Positions 1 to 10,210 of a stretch of 42,006 nt of DNA are shown piece by piece. Position 1 is the stretch's first letter; each line of letters begins with the position of its first letter. Source of the stretch: a candidate division WOR-3 bacterium (GTDB lineage Bacteria; Hydrothermota; Hydrothermia; JBDRYB01); NCBI GenBank assembly GCA_049969615.1, contig JBMFOM010000004.1, forward strand, positions 1 to 42,006, read 5' to 3'. Both the position numbers and the translations under genes were made by a program. Under the pieces are notes generated by a model. It saw nothing but the letters and a program-made list of their open reading frames with translations. It did no database searches and was not told where the DNA came from.

Positions 1-89
1 CCTGAGCTCTCACATATTCCCACCTCCCAGAGGTAAGGTCTGATTTAGGATAGCCTGTAAGTTCTTGGGGCACAAGAGCTTAGCGTATT

Positions 90-132
90 CTCCTCGCTCA
101 GACCAGTAGGTTACTACTTTATCAGAGGTCTC
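90..132. mobile_element. Partial copy (GAGACC end only) of the ~186-bp MITE family
   Basis: gctcagaccagtaggttactactttatcagaggtctc matches the end of the copies at 3352-3536 and 25664-25850. Confidence 0.75.
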
Positions 133-135
133 GTT

Positions 136-612
136 CTATCTAAGCCTCACATAACACACCTTCGGCCCCACCCCGTCGTTGACCTTCAGGAGTCCGGGTT
201 TTGCCTCGGCCGGTAGGCTGTATGCGAGAATGACCGGCGTCTCGCCGGTGGCCAGAACGGTTGTTGAAACTGGCCAGTTTCTCTTTTTCATTTCGGATTG
301 ACTGACTATTCCGTCTATCTGATATTTGACATCAGCGGTGTCCTTCCGTTCAACGAGCATGACCAGGGCCATATCCTGGAGCATAAAGGGCTGTTCAGAC
401 TGGCCGATGTTCTTCACAGAGGCGAACACAAGCTTGTAGTATCTGTCCATGCCAGGGGTAATCTTGTCCACAACGCTATCAACCCTGACGGCCCAGAAAT
501 TGGTTTCGGCCCACTGACCCAGCATTACTGTCGGGGCCTCCTTTTTCTCTTCCTTCTTTCCTCCGCAGGACAGGAAGAATGCCATCATAACCAAACATGC
601 GGCTCTTTTCAT
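136..612 (-). CDS. Hypothetical lipoprotein (possibly DUF4352-like Ig fold)
   Basis: Start reassigned to ATG 612 behind AGGAGG; MKRAACLVMMAFFLSC lipobox followed by a Lys/Glu linker. Confidence 0.75.
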   Translation of the reverse strand: MKRAACLVMMAFFLSCGGKKEEKKEAPTVMLGQWAETNFWAVRVDSVVDKITPGMDRYYKLVFASVKNIGQSEQPFMLQDMALVMLVERKDTADVKYQIDGIVSQSEMKKRNWPVSTTVLATGETPVILAYSLPAEAKPGLLKVNDGVGPKVCYVRLR

Positions 613-638
613 GCGAAAACCTCCTAAATCAGGCGAAA

Positions 639-668
639 ATTTTAAGGATAAAAAATGGGTGCGGTCAA
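639..668 (-). promoter_or_regulatory. sigma70-like promoter for the lipoprotein gene
   Basis: TTGACC-18 nt-TAAAAT on the minus strand. Confidence 0.55.
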
Positions 669-1432
669 GTCCCTTGGCCGAAGAACCTAAGGGAATTTTC
701 CCAGACCCCGCGCGCCGCATCTTCTATGTGCATCTCAAGGACATCTGCTATTTTTTCCACGACCAGCCTCACATTCGCTGGTTCGTTTCTATGACCCCTG
801 GTGGGAGATATGTAGGGGCAGTCCGTTTCAGCTACCAGGCTGGATATGCCCAGCTCGCGAATTGCTGTTCTGAGCCTCTTTGAACCCAGAATTATGACGC
901 CTGTCACCGAGATCGGATAGCCTCGCTCCGCGGCCCATCGTGCCTCGCTAATGTTGCCTGAGAAGGCGTGAAACAGGGCCTTATGTGGTTTCATTTGTTC
1001 AAGGACCGGCAGAACCCGGTCAAACGCCTCTCTTATGTGAAGAACGACAGGCAGACCTTTGTCCTTGGCGAGAGCAAGTTGCGCTCTGAGACCGTGCTCC
1101 TGATCCGAAATGGGGGCATAATCCCAGTGAGTATCCATTCCTATCTCGCCTATCGCGACCGTCAGGGGATTGTCAAGGAGATCCTCTATATCACGGAGCC
1201 AGTGGTCCTGCCAGCCAGCAGAATAGTTGGGGTGAATGCCGACTATTGCCCTGAGAAGGGTTGGATATTTCTCGGACAATCTCAGTGCTTCCCTGGAGGA
1301 CGGTACATCCCAACCCACCAGGTTTATCCTGGCCACCCCAGCGGTAATTGCCCTATCAATCACCCGATCGAGATCGCTGGCAAAAGCCGGGTCATTGAGG
1401 TGCGCGTGGGTATCATAGAACCTAATATCCAT
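665..1432 (-). CDS. tatD: TatD family hydrolase/DNase
   Basis: DTHAH, GIHP, AIGEIGMD, LHIRE, FHAFSG, ETDCPY and RNEP motifs. Confidence 0.95.
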   Translation of the reverse strand: MDIRFYDTHAHLNDPAFASDLDRVIDRAITAGVARINLVGWDVPSSREALRLSEKYPTLLRAIVGIHPNYSAGWQDHWLRDIEDLLDNPLTVAIGEIGMDTHWDYAPISDQEHGLRAQLALAKDKGLPVVLHIREAFDRVLPVLEQMKPHKALFHAFSGNISEARWAAERGYPISVTGVIILGSKRLRTAIRELGISSLVAETDCPYISPTRGHRNEPANVRLVVEKIADVLEMHIEDAARGVWENSLRFFGQGT

Positions 1433-1487
1433 GTGGAAAGCCCCTGATCGGTTTTTTTATTTCTTGTGAGGAACCGGCAACGAGCTT

Positions 1488-3263
1488 TCAAGACGAGAAC
1501 TCTATGACCGCGTAATTCAGGATGCCCCTGAAGATTGCGTCGGCTATGCCGGACAGCGCGCCGTCAACGGGCAAGTGAACCGCTACCCGTGCGCCATCTG
1601 GGTGGATCAGGATATACTGGCCGCTTGTTGTCATCTCGTATTCCTGGCCAAGCGAGTCAATCTGGTTCTTTATTATCTCGGCCAGGGCAGTCCCCTTCTT
1701 GTCAAGATAGTAATGCTTGACCTGCCTCCTGGGCTTAACATCCAGGGAAACGAGTACCTCGGAGCCAAAATCCTGGGCCTCCCACGCGGAGTGCTCCTCT
1801 GGCTCCCAAGTTATCTGGGTGAGCTGAGACATCTTCACTATCGCTCCGTGGAACGAGAGGAGGTGTTTGAGCTCGGTCGCGACAGACATCAGCCTTGGGT
1901 CTCCTATGTCTATGTAAAATCTCCTGTCAAGGAGAAGTCCTCCCTGCATGGGTTCAAGGGTTATCCTCCGGAAATCAGAGCCGCCAGGGGGAATATCCAC
2001 TTCTATGATCTGAGGTTTGTAGCCCATGGCCCATACCTCTATATCTCCTGATATACCTCCGGGAGCGGATATCCAGAAATATCTACCGTCCAGGGCAGGA
2101 AAGCTGTGCGACCTGTAGCGGACCCGAACGCTCCTGCCGGATGGTACTATCTCCCCCACGAACATGGCATAACGGCTCTCCCTCCGTATTTCAATGGGAA
2201 TAACTCTCTGCGCCCTTCCAGAGGATAACTTCACCCGCGCGGATGAGCCGTTTGTCTTCCAGGGGTAGAGAACAGCGCCGAGCCTAGTTTTGAAGGATTC
2301 CCTGACTGTTTCCCCTGTAGAATCAAGTATCTCAACATCCACGGGAGTCCCATCAGCAACGGGCATTCCATAATGATCAAGCACCTCCAGGGTCAGGAGA
2401 ACCGGGGCGGTTGTCTTATATGGGACGATTGGTGGAAAAACAGATGCGGCAAAGGCCGCGGCGGGACGCTTTACTATGAAATCGTGTCTGACCAGGCGTG
2501 AGCTCCTACCCCAAGAGTTTCTCGCTACGCATTCAATCCTATGTAATCCGTTGGAAAGGAAGGGCAAATAAACCGAGAGGCCCTCCGGGGAAACCTCAAA
2601 TATGGGTTCTTGTTCATCAATCCTGACCATGGAGTAGAGGGGTTCCATCTCCCCCTCAACCCTGATGAGCGCCTTGCCTTCGGCTATTTCAATGGACTTA
2701 ATTACTGGTCCCGGAACATCAAAATAATACTTCAGGGAATCAAATATGGCTTTAGCCTCGGCTTTTCTGCGTTTCTCGTTCCGGAGAAACATCTCCTCGC
2801 GGGGATCGGCTATGTAGGATGCCTCCGTCAGTATCGCTGGTTCAACATCAATCTGCATAACGGTATATTTGGAAGGAAGGGGGTTCCCAAATGGCAGACC
2901 CATCGCCTCGGAGAGTTTGTGGGCCGCTATCCACGCGAGGTCAACGGAAGGCCCCTGCGGGACCCATGGATAATAGACCTCAACGCGGTTGGTGAAATCC
3001 TCTGGCATGGCGTTGTGGTGTATGGCGACATAGGCGTCGGGTTTGAGGGAGTTAGCCATATCCCTCCTCTCCCACCTAGTAATGGTCTCGTCTCCCTCCC
3101 TTGTCATTGTCACATCCGCGCCGGCCTCCGAGAGCATATCACGAAGGAAAAAGGCCACGGAGAGGTTGACATCCTTCTCCTTGAGGCCACCTGGCCCGAC
3201 CGCGCCAAATTCCTCACCCCCGTGTCCGGGATCAATGAGTATCCTCTTGCCTCTCAGGGGCAT
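1488..3263 (-). CDS. N-acetylmuramoyl-L-alanine amidase (Amidase_3) with Ig-like middle region and a degenerate second amidase-like domain
   Basis: ILIDPGHGG, EKDVNL, AIHHNA and ILTEASY motifs. ATG 3263 is preferred because a TTGAAA-18-TAAAAT promoter overlaps the longer GTG start. Confidence 0.85.
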   Translation of the reverse strand: MPLRGKRILIDPGHGGEEFGAVGPGGLKEKDVNLSVAFFLRDMLSEAGADVTMTREGDETITRWERRDMANSLKPDAYVAIHHNAMPEDFTNRVEVYYPWVPQGPSVDLAWIAAHKLSEAMGLPFGNPLPSKYTVMQIDVEPAILTEASYIADPREEMFLRNEKRRKAEAKAIFDSLKYYFDVPGPVIKSIEIAEGKALIRVEGEMEPLYSMVRIDEQEPIFEVSPEGLSVYLPFLSNGLHRIECVARNSWGRSSRLVRHDFIVKRPAAAFAASVFPPIVPYKTTAPVLLTLEVLDHYGMPVADGTPVDVEILDSTGETVRESFKTRLGAVLYPWKTNGSSARVKLSSGRAQRVIPIEIRRESRYAMFVGEIVPSGRSVRVRYRSHSFPALDGRYFWISAPGGISGDIEVWAMGYKPQIIEVDIPPGGSDFRRITLEPMQGGLLLDRRFYIDIGDPRLMSVATELKHLLSFHGAIVKMSQLTQITWEPEEHSAWEAQDFGSEVLVSLDVKPRRQVKHYYLDKKGTALAEIIKNQIDSLGQEYEMTTSGQYILIHPDGARVAVHLPVDGALSGIADAIFRGILNYAVIEFSS

Positions 3264-3351
3264 CTTATAGTCTGGTGATAATTTTAAAGGCAGGAGCCAT
3301 TTGATTTCAACCACCACGGGATGGTGGAGAACTTAAAGTAATCCAAGCCAT

Positions 3352-3536
3352 GAACCCCTGAAAAATTCCGGTTTGTCCTTGGTCCCCATCCGAAAGCCTC
3401 ATCATAGCTAGAAGGGAACCCTGAGGAAATGCCCCCGTGGCGGGATTTTTCAGGGGCCACTCTTAGAAACCTGTTCTTTTGGACAAAGTGCTCCTGGCTC
3501 AAGCCAGTAGGTTATTGCTACTTTATCAGGGGTCTC
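3352..3536. mobile_element. MITE-like dispersed repeat, full copy 1
   Basis: Collinear with 16641-16826 (inverted) and 25664-25850; ends GAACCCCTGAAAAA ... TTTATCAGGGGTCTC; no clear TSD on this copy. Confidence 0.85.
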
Positions 3537-3601
3537 CTGATCGTCTGGAATCTTCTGAGAATAGGGGTCAAGCTAGGGGTTTTCGCGGGGCTGATGTTCT
3601 T

Positions 3602-3637
3602 CAAATGTTTGATCCTGCGTAGGGAGTAGGGTATAAT
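3602..3637 (+). promoter_or_regulatory. Conserved promoter module copy (DUF2520 gene)
   Basis: CAAATGT TTGATC CTGCGTAGGGAGTAGGG TATAAT. Confidence 0.75.
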
Positions 3638-3652
3638 CTTAATCTGAAACCA

Positions 3653-4582
3653 ATGATTGGCATTGTTGGCGCGGGAAATGTCGGTCTCTCCCTGGTGGGG
3701 GCTTTGGCCAAAAAGGCCTGTGATGTAATCCTGCTTTCGGATCACTACGAGGGCCCAATGCCCTTCATCGGACGTGGCAAAACGAGGGCTTTCCTTGAAG
3801 GATCCGATGCCGTGATAATAGCGGTCAAGGACAGGGAAGTCCGCGAGATGGCGAACTGGCTGGCCTCGGCCGGGGCTGAACTCGCGGGTAAGGTATTTTT
3901 GCACTGCTCCGGCGTGTGGGACTCCTCTGTCCTGACGAGCCTGGCGGAAAGGGGCGCGAGGGTTGGGGTTATGCATCCGATTCAAAGCTTCCCGAGGCCC
4001 GATCCGGACCTACTAAGCGGCATATATTTTGGAATATCCGGCGATCCGGAGGCTGAGGACCTGGCCGAGAAAATCGCAAGAACCCTCGGCTGTCGGACAA
4101 TAAGGGTGAGGGATCACGCCCTTTATCACGCGGCCTGTGTGATGTCTGCTGGGTTCATAGCGACCATGATGAGGCTCGCGGGCAAGGTCATTTCATTCGC
4201 GTCTGACGGGGATTGGCGCGCCCTCTTGCCCATGGCCAGGGGAACCCTGAAAAACATAGAGGACATGGGGCCGGAGAGGGCAACGACCGGCCCCCAGATC
4301 AGGGGGGACTGGGAAACGGTCGGGAGGCATTCCGAGGCCCTCCACATGTTTGATCCAGGCCTTGCCCTGCTTTATAATCTGCTTTCTGCTAAAATGAGCG
4401 AAGATAAGGACAAAAAAGAGCTTGATCCCCGCCTGTTGGAGGTTCTGGCTTGTCCAAAGTGCAAGGGCGAGCTGGAATACAGGAAGGACGAATCTGTTCT
4501 GCTTTGTCACGCGTGTCGGCTAAGATTCAGAATAGATGATGGTATACCCATAATGCTCATAGAGGAGGCAGAGGAATTCTGA
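3653..4582 (+). CDS. Rossmann-like/DUF2520 protein fused in frame to a Trm112-like (UPF0434) zinc-ribbon domain
   Basis: GIVGAGNVG, LHCSG, MHPIQSF, YHAACV and TGPQIRGD, then LLEVLACPKCKGEL..LLCHAC..FRIDDGIPIML. Confidence 0.85.
   Translation: MIGIVGAGNVGLSLVGALAKKACDVILLSDHYEGPMPFIGRGKTRAFLEGSDAVIIAVKDREVREMANWLASAGAELAGKVFLHCSGVWDSSVLTSLAERGARVGVMHPIQSFPRPDPDLLSGIYFGISGDPEAEDLAEKIARTLGCRTIRVRDHALYHAACVMSAGFIATMMRLAGKVISFASDGDWRALLPMARGTLKNIEDMGPERATTGPQIRGDWETVGRHSEALHMFDPGLALLYNLLSAKMSEDKDKKELDPRLLEVLACPKCKGELEYRKDESVLLCHACRLRFRIDDGIPIMLIEEAEEF
4350..4378 (+). promoter_or_regulatory. Intragenic promoter upstream of the Trm112 domain ATG (4394) and porU
   Basis: TTGATC-17 nt-TATAAT. Confidence 0.6.
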
Positions 4583-7500
4583 TGATCGATATGCTCCTTC
4601 TGGGAATACTTGCCCAGGCAATTGCTCCGGCGAGGACCGACGGTTCCCTATCCGCGAAACAACCTCCGGTTTCCGGACCAGCCCTGACCAGCGAAAGAGA
4701 CACATCCGCAGGCCTCACCATTATCTCATCAGACGAGAATCATCTCATATTTACCCTTGATTTTCCTTCGCCACAGTTCTCAACAGAGAACATCAACGGC
4801 AAACCGTTCCTGAGATTCTCCAACACAGGATGGGGCAAACCGGGTGAACCCGATCTGCCCGGCCGTTTGGTTAGCTTTGCCATACCGCGGGGAAAATCTG
4901 CACGAGTGAGTGTATCTGTCCTTGAGGAGAGCTCTTTTCTGGGCCCGGCTCCCCTCCCCTGCCCCAGGTATATTGACGATGGTTTGACCCCGGTGTATGA
5001 GGCCGGTAGATACGAGACGCCGTGGCCAAAATCAATCTGGGACGAGCGAAGCAGTGGGCTACTTCGCCATCTGAAATACATGAGCATCATCATCTATCCC
5101 TGTTCCTACAATGGCACGAGCTATACCTTCAGGAAAAAAATTAAGGTGAAGGTGGATTTTGTCCCGCAGGATGACGGCCTCGTCCAATTTTCTGGCTATG
5201 ACCCGTTTGATGAGATATATGCGCTGGAGCTGGTGAACTGGAAGGGCCAGTCCTCCTGGAAAGCCGCCCTGCCCACGAAAAAGGCCATCCCTGATCCGTT
5301 CTCGTCTGCCTCGGTATGGATAAAGGCTTATGTTCGCGAGCCAGGCATATATGAGATCAGCTACGAGGATATGACCCGCCTCGGCGTGGCCCCGGCTCTC
5401 CTTTCGGATCCGAACGGCCTCTCGGTATTTTCCATGGGTAACGACACCATGCGCTCTGATACCGGGCACAAGGAAACGATATTTTCCCAGGTTGCATCCA
5501 GGGTTGATGATGGCGGGGACGGGGTTTTTGGGCCAGGGGACCGGATCCTGTTTTACGCGGAGGGAATCCCGGACAGAAAATACAGCAGCCTGGATAGATA
5601 TTTTGATTACTGGAATCACCCATATACGGATACCGTTGTTTACTGGGTGGCAGTTGGGTTCAACGGAATACCTGAGAGGGCCGCGGCCAAGGACGCCAGG
5701 CCCTCGGCCGGAATCCCGTGCTCCACAAGCGTGGCCTATGCCCACCATGAGAAAAACGAGATAAACCTAGGCCAAAAGGGCATAATATGGGTCCAAAAGG
5801 AACCCACGCTTTCTCTTCCCCAGAGCTCCATGTATGCTGATTACCCGTTTGAAATGATCTGTAAAGGGGTTGGGACCGGACGAGGGACGATAAACATCGC
5901 TACGGTTGGAATTGCAATATCTGGCACGGGTGACGCCACCTACCAGGTCTGGCTGAACGGCCAGATGGTCGGCCAGTCATCAACGACCCCCGGCATGAGG
6001 AGGTTCTACAAGGTCCAGGTAACCAACCTCCGGGAGGGAACCAACACCGTTACAATACGTCTCATCAGAACGGATGAGTTCGCGAAAGAGATATATTTGG
6101 ATTACATTGACATAGAATACGATAGAAGGAACGAATATCCTGGCGAAACAAGCTTCTTCTTCCCGGATTCTGCGGATAATAGATACACGGTATTCGCGTG
6201 GGGGCCAAAGCCGGTTTTCCTTTGGGATGTGTCTGACCCGTTTAACCCGGTGGTGCTCAGAAATTTCACATGGGACAACGGTCAGCTCCAGTTCACGGAC
6301 TCGCTCTGGGGAGGCAAAAGAATATATCTCTCAACCTTCACCAGGAAACCGGTAAAGCTGGGCATTCTTGATCTCTCCGTGAACCTGCGCGATCCATCCA
6401 ACCGGGCCGACTACATAATATGCGGCCCAGATGTTCTCATGGAGCCATGCCGGGCGCTGGCGGATTGGCGAGCCGAAAACCTCTGGCTCTGGAATCCCTC
6501 GGATAGCGCGTGGGAAAATACCGGGGGCAAGGTTTTTTATGTCAGGCTTGAGGATGTCTATGATCAGTTCGGCTTCGGCATGAGGGACCCAGTGGCAATA
6601 AGAAACTTCTATTGGTATGCCTACGCATACTGGCAGACACCGCAGGTTACCTATTACCTGAACATGGGAGACGGAAGTTATGACTACAAAGGCTACAGGA
6701 CGACTGAGGGCAACCTGTTCCCGCCCTGGAATCCTTGGGAGTCGCACAGCCTTAACGATGGTCCCTGGACCCACGAGGACTTCTATCTTGATTTTGATGG
6801 CAATAATTATCAGGACGCGTTTTATGGCCGCGTCCCTGCTAGGGATAGGCGCGAGGCGTGGGATTATGTGACAAAGTTGAAGCGCTACGAGCGCGGGGAG
6901 GCGAACGGCCCGTGGCGGAACAGGGTTCTTTTGGTGCCAGATGACGAATACCACGAGGGCGGACAACCCGATCCCATACGAGATCACTGGGTCAACACCG
7001 ACACGCTTCAGAGATACTACATCCCCAGAACCATGGAGGTTCGCCACTGCTACGGCATAGAGTATCCCATGGAAGGAGGAATGAAGCCCCTGTGGACAGA
7101 TGATTTCATAAGGTATTTCAATGAGGGTAGCCTCCTGATAACCATGTTCGTCCACGGGTCTCCGACACAGATAACCCACGAGAGACTTTACCTGCTCTCG
7201 TCTGACCGGGACAGGATAAATGCTGGACCCAGAAACGCTTTCGTGCATGTACTCTCTTGCAAGGTCGGAATATTTGAGCGCATTGACCCCCCACACTGCA
7301 TAGGCGAGGACTGGACAATAAGGCCGGGTGGAGCAATGGGCGTTATATCCACAACATCTAACGCCACCTCCAGCGCGAATCGCTCATACGCCAAGGCCAT
7401 GTATAAGCTATTGATGGATTACAAACCCCACCCTGCAGGTGAATTTGAGCTGGCCGGCAAAAATGATGCTGACTATTATCTCTGCGGTGAACCAGGAATC

Positions 7501-8505
7501 CCGATAAGACTTCCGCCGCCGGATCTGAGCCTTACTGCGCCGGACACCCTAGTCCCTGGGACAAGAACAGACTTCTCCGGCTCAGACGCGACCTGGCCAC
7601 TGGTTTATCCTCTGGGCCTGGATACCAGGTATCTAAAGGAAGGTCAGACACATTTCGGCGACTATTATTCCATTGAATCTGAGGATTGGGCTGAGTATCG
7701 CGGAGCAATAAGTGCTTCCGGGAGCTTTTCCGGAAGCTATACCGTGCCCATGGACGCCAGGAGGGACACGGTGGGCGCGAGGCTCATCGTGTATGATCCC
7801 TCGCCACCCTTTGGCAGGGTTGGCCTGGTTGACAGCCTCTACACCTCACAACCAGGGAACTCCTCGGATATTAATGGCCCGGCAATATCCTTTTTCATGA
7901 ACGGCCATGAGCTCGTTGACGGGAACCGGATCCCATTCAAGGGAACAATTGAGTTCAGGGTTTCTGACCCATCGGGGATATACATAAGGCCAAGGGAATA
8001 CCCTGAGGATGGCGCATCCCTTATGTTCATACTTGATGACGAGGATCACGATGTAGCAACCAGTTTCCAGTATGACAAAAACTCTGACACATCGGGGTTT
8101 GGGTTCTATGATTATGACCTCTCCAATGAATCTGGCGCACATAGCTTCGGCCTACGAGCCTATGATAACATCGGCAACATAAACACCAGGATGATATCCT
8201 TGACAGTAGGAGAAACAGAGCTCTCGCTCACGGACGCCCTACCTGTGCCAAACCCGTTCACGGGCGGCAGACTTTATTTCTCGTTCAGGGTCAACGCTCA
8301 GGCCAGGGCCAGGGTAAAGGTTTTCACGGTCACAGGAAAAGAAGTCTGGAACTCAGGAGAAAAGCTGGCCAACCCAGGAATAAACTATGTCGCATACACG
8401 GGCCCGGATGTGGCGAACGGGCTTTATCTGGTAGTGTTTGAGGCAAAGGACCTCACGGGAGCCAGCAAACAGAAGGTCGTTGAGAAACTGCTGATAACGA
8501 AATAG
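4582..8505 (+). CDS. porU: C25 (gingipain-type) cysteine peptidase, PorU-like T9SS sortase, with propeptide and C-terminal sorting-like domain
   Basis: Signal peptide; GKPGEPDLP; GIYEISYED; DPVAIRNF; MGDGSYDYK; GRVPA; His/Cys dyad in FVHGS and LSCKVG; PVPNPF..VKVFTVTGKEV..ANGLYLV..KLLITK. Confidence 0.85.
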   Translation: MIDMLLLGILAQAIAPARTDGSLSAKQPPVSGPALTSERDTSAGLTIISSDENHLIFTLDFPSPQFSTENINGKPFLRFSNTGWGKPGEPDLPGRLVSFAIPRGKSARVSVSVLEESSFLGPAPLPCPRYIDDGLTPVYEAGRYETPWPKSIWDERSSGLLRHLKYMSIIIYPCSYNGTSYTFRKKIKVKVDFVPQDDGLVQFSGYDPFDEIYALELVNWKGQSSWKAALPTKKAIPDPFSSASVWIKAYVREPGIYEISYEDMTRLGVAPALLSDPNGLSVFSMGNDTMRSDTGHKETIFSQVASRVDDGGDGVFGPGDRILFYAEGIPDRKYSSLDRYFDYWNHPYTDTVVYWVAVGFNGIPERAAAKDARPSAGIPCSTSVAYAHHEKNEINLGQKGIIWVQKEPTLSLPQSSMYADYPFEMICKGVGTGRGTINIATVGIAISGTGDATYQVWLNGQMVGQSSTTPGMRRFYKVQVTNLREGTNTVTIRLIRTDEFAKEIYLDYIDIEYDRRNEYPGETSFFFPDSADNRYTVFAWGPKPVFLWDVSDPFNPVVLRNFTWDNGQLQFTDSLWGGKRIYLSTFTRKPVKLGILDLSVNLRDPSNRADYIICGPDVLMEPCRALADWRAENLWLWNPSDSAWENTGGKVFYVRLEDVYDQFGFGMRDPVAIRNFYWYAYAYWQTPQVTYYLNMGDGSYDYKGYRTTEGNLFPPWNPWESHSLNDGPWTHEDFYLDFDGNNYQDAFYGRVPARDRREAWDYVTKLKRYERGEANGPWRNRVLLVPDDEYHEGGQPDPIRDHWVNTDTLQRYYIPRTMEVRHCYGIEYPMEGGMKPLWTDDFIRYFNEGSLLITMFVHGSPTQITHERLYLLSSDRDRINAGPRNAFVHVLSCKVGIFERIDPPHCIGEDWTIRPGGAMGVISTTSNATSSANRSYAKAMYKLLMDYKPHPAGEFELAGKNDADYYLCGEPGIPIRLPPPDLSLTAPDTLVPGTRTDFSGSDATWPLVYPLGLDTRYLKEGQTHFGDYYSIESEDWAEYRGAISASGSFSGSYTVPMDARRDTVGARLIVYDPSPPFGRVGLVDSLYTSQPGNSSDINGPAISFFMNGHELVDGNRIPFKGTIEFRVSDPSGIYIRPREYPEDGASLMFILDDEDHDVATSFQYDKNSDTSGFGFYDYDLSNESGAHSFGLRAYDNIGNINTRMISLTVGETELSLTDALPVPNPFTGGRLYFSFRVNAQARARVKVFTVTGKEVWNSGEKLANPGINYVAYTGPDVANGLYLVVFEAKDLTGASKQKVVEKLLITK

Positions 8506-8515
8506 CTCTTTCTCT

Positions 8516-10079
8516 CTAGAACTCCTGTTCCTCCATTTCCCAAGGTTCTATCCTATCAATGGGTTCCAAGCGGAAATCGCCCTCGCCAGCGAACTTACCC
8601 GTGAACCTCTCGCCCTCTACCCTTAGAACGCAAATATAGATTCCTCGTGGCAGTGAAACGGGCGCGGAAAATTCTTTTCCGGCAAAACTCACGGCCGCAA
8701 CGCGCGCGCCCATGGAATTATAGACTTCAAGCGAAGCCGCGTCCACGGGCCTGGTTGCCTGTATGCTCAGGAGACCGCCGGAAAAGTTTCCCCTGAATGC
8801 GAGGTCGGGTTTTGGCGCTCCAGTATAGCCCTCGGTGATGTCAGTGGCACAATCAGTGTTGACCCACACATAGAGGTTGTTGTTGATGCCCGCGATGATG
8901 TCAACGCAACCATCGCGATTCACATCCTTGACCTCAACGCCATAGGAATACTGAGATGTCCCCGGCTCAACAGGCCACATCTGGAATGTCGGCGGATTGC
9001 CTCCCATGTTGTCAAACCAGGCTATAGTGTGGACGAGAGGCCTCATGGTGGAGACTATTATGTCCTGATCGCCATCGCCGTCAATATCAGCTATGCCCAC
9101 CTCGGACTCGGAGAGGCCGGGTAAGAAGGCGACGGTGTCCGCGAAATTGGAATAGACCGTAACCGGATTGAACCCTCCTGCTCCATTGCCCAGAAGTAGC
9201 ATAACATTCTGGTGACAACCCACAATGTCAAGGTTGCCATCGCCATTAACATCCCCTACCTGGATTCCGTGTCCGGCCTTCGTGTGAACCTGATAGGCAT
9301 TCCAGTTCAGCCCACCACCCAGGTTCAGGGCAACAGCAACGGGGCCCCATCCAGCGGACGCTATGTCCATCTGGCCATCATCGTTGAAATCACCAAGCGC
9401 AATGCCCTCACCATAGCCGGGCATAACAGTCCTCAAACCACCGCCGCCGGTTAGGTAGACATAGACAGCGCTGCCCTCATCCCCAAAAACGGCATCAAGG
9501 ATCCCATCACCATCAAAGTCCCACGCCGCGCAGTGGTTGGGAAAATCATACTCGCCCAAGTCAATGGGCGTCCAGCTGGGAGCGATGAGCCAGAAGGGAT
9601 GACCCCAGTACTCCCAGTCTCCCCAAGTATCCTCTTCGCCGTGATACCTGGCAGATGCATAAAGGATATCCTTGAGTCCATCGCCGTTCCTGTCGTCAAC
9701 ATCAAGGCCATATGGTGTCCTCACCTCAGGGCTTATGGCCTGAACAGAGAACACAGGAAAACCCTGATTGTAGGCGATATAAACTTGGCCCCACCACGGC
9801 TCATCTGAGTCCAGCGCCGTGAAAACGATATCTATATCATAGTCGTTGTCCATGTCGCACGCGGCATGGTGATTGGGCGCGAGAAACCATATCTGGCTCC
9901 TCTGTGAGGTTATGTAGGTCTTCACCCAGGTCACCTGGCCAGAGGGTATTAGAACAGGCTGGCTCGTCCCACCAGAGGACTGCGGCCAAAATCCCTCTCC
10001 GCTATCATCCTTCACATTCGGCAATCCCGCCCATCCCAGGGAGACCGCCAGGTATCATTCCTATGATCAGATACTTCAT
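8516..10079 (-). pseudogene. FG-GAP/VCBS repeat secreted protein with T9SS-like CTD; one-base frameshift in the signal peptide (pseudogene or sequence error)
   Basis: Repeated DxDxDGxxDI motifs. AGGAGG-ATG at 10079 is out of frame with the long ORF; removing one base near 10051 gives MKYLIIGMILAVSLGWAGLPNV. Confidence 0.75.
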
Positions 10080-10109
10080 CTTTACACCTCCTTGTTACCT
10101 AGACCAATT

Positions 10110-10145
10110 ACTATAACCTATTTTCTACGCGCGATCAAGTATTCG
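10110..10145 (-). promoter_or_regulatory. Conserved promoter module copy (FG-GAP gene)
   Basis: CGAATAC TTGATC GCGCGTAGAAAATAGGT TATAGT. Confidence 0.7.
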
Positions 10146-10210
10146 CGTTCGCTCGGTTCCGTCCACCCTTCCGGGCACAAATGGCCTCAGGTTGGCCTTT
10201 GCGTTAAACC

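Noticed and set aside
3284-3629. Short ORFs sharing 'PVxYCYFxxGL' (3429+, 25686+, 22615-)
   Set aside because: These are translations of the MITE end, not a protein family.
5059-7296. Long antisense ORFs (229 and 321 aa), and similar ones at 2610-3278 and 38499-39287
   Set aside because: They are shadow frames of well-supported genes on the opposite strand.
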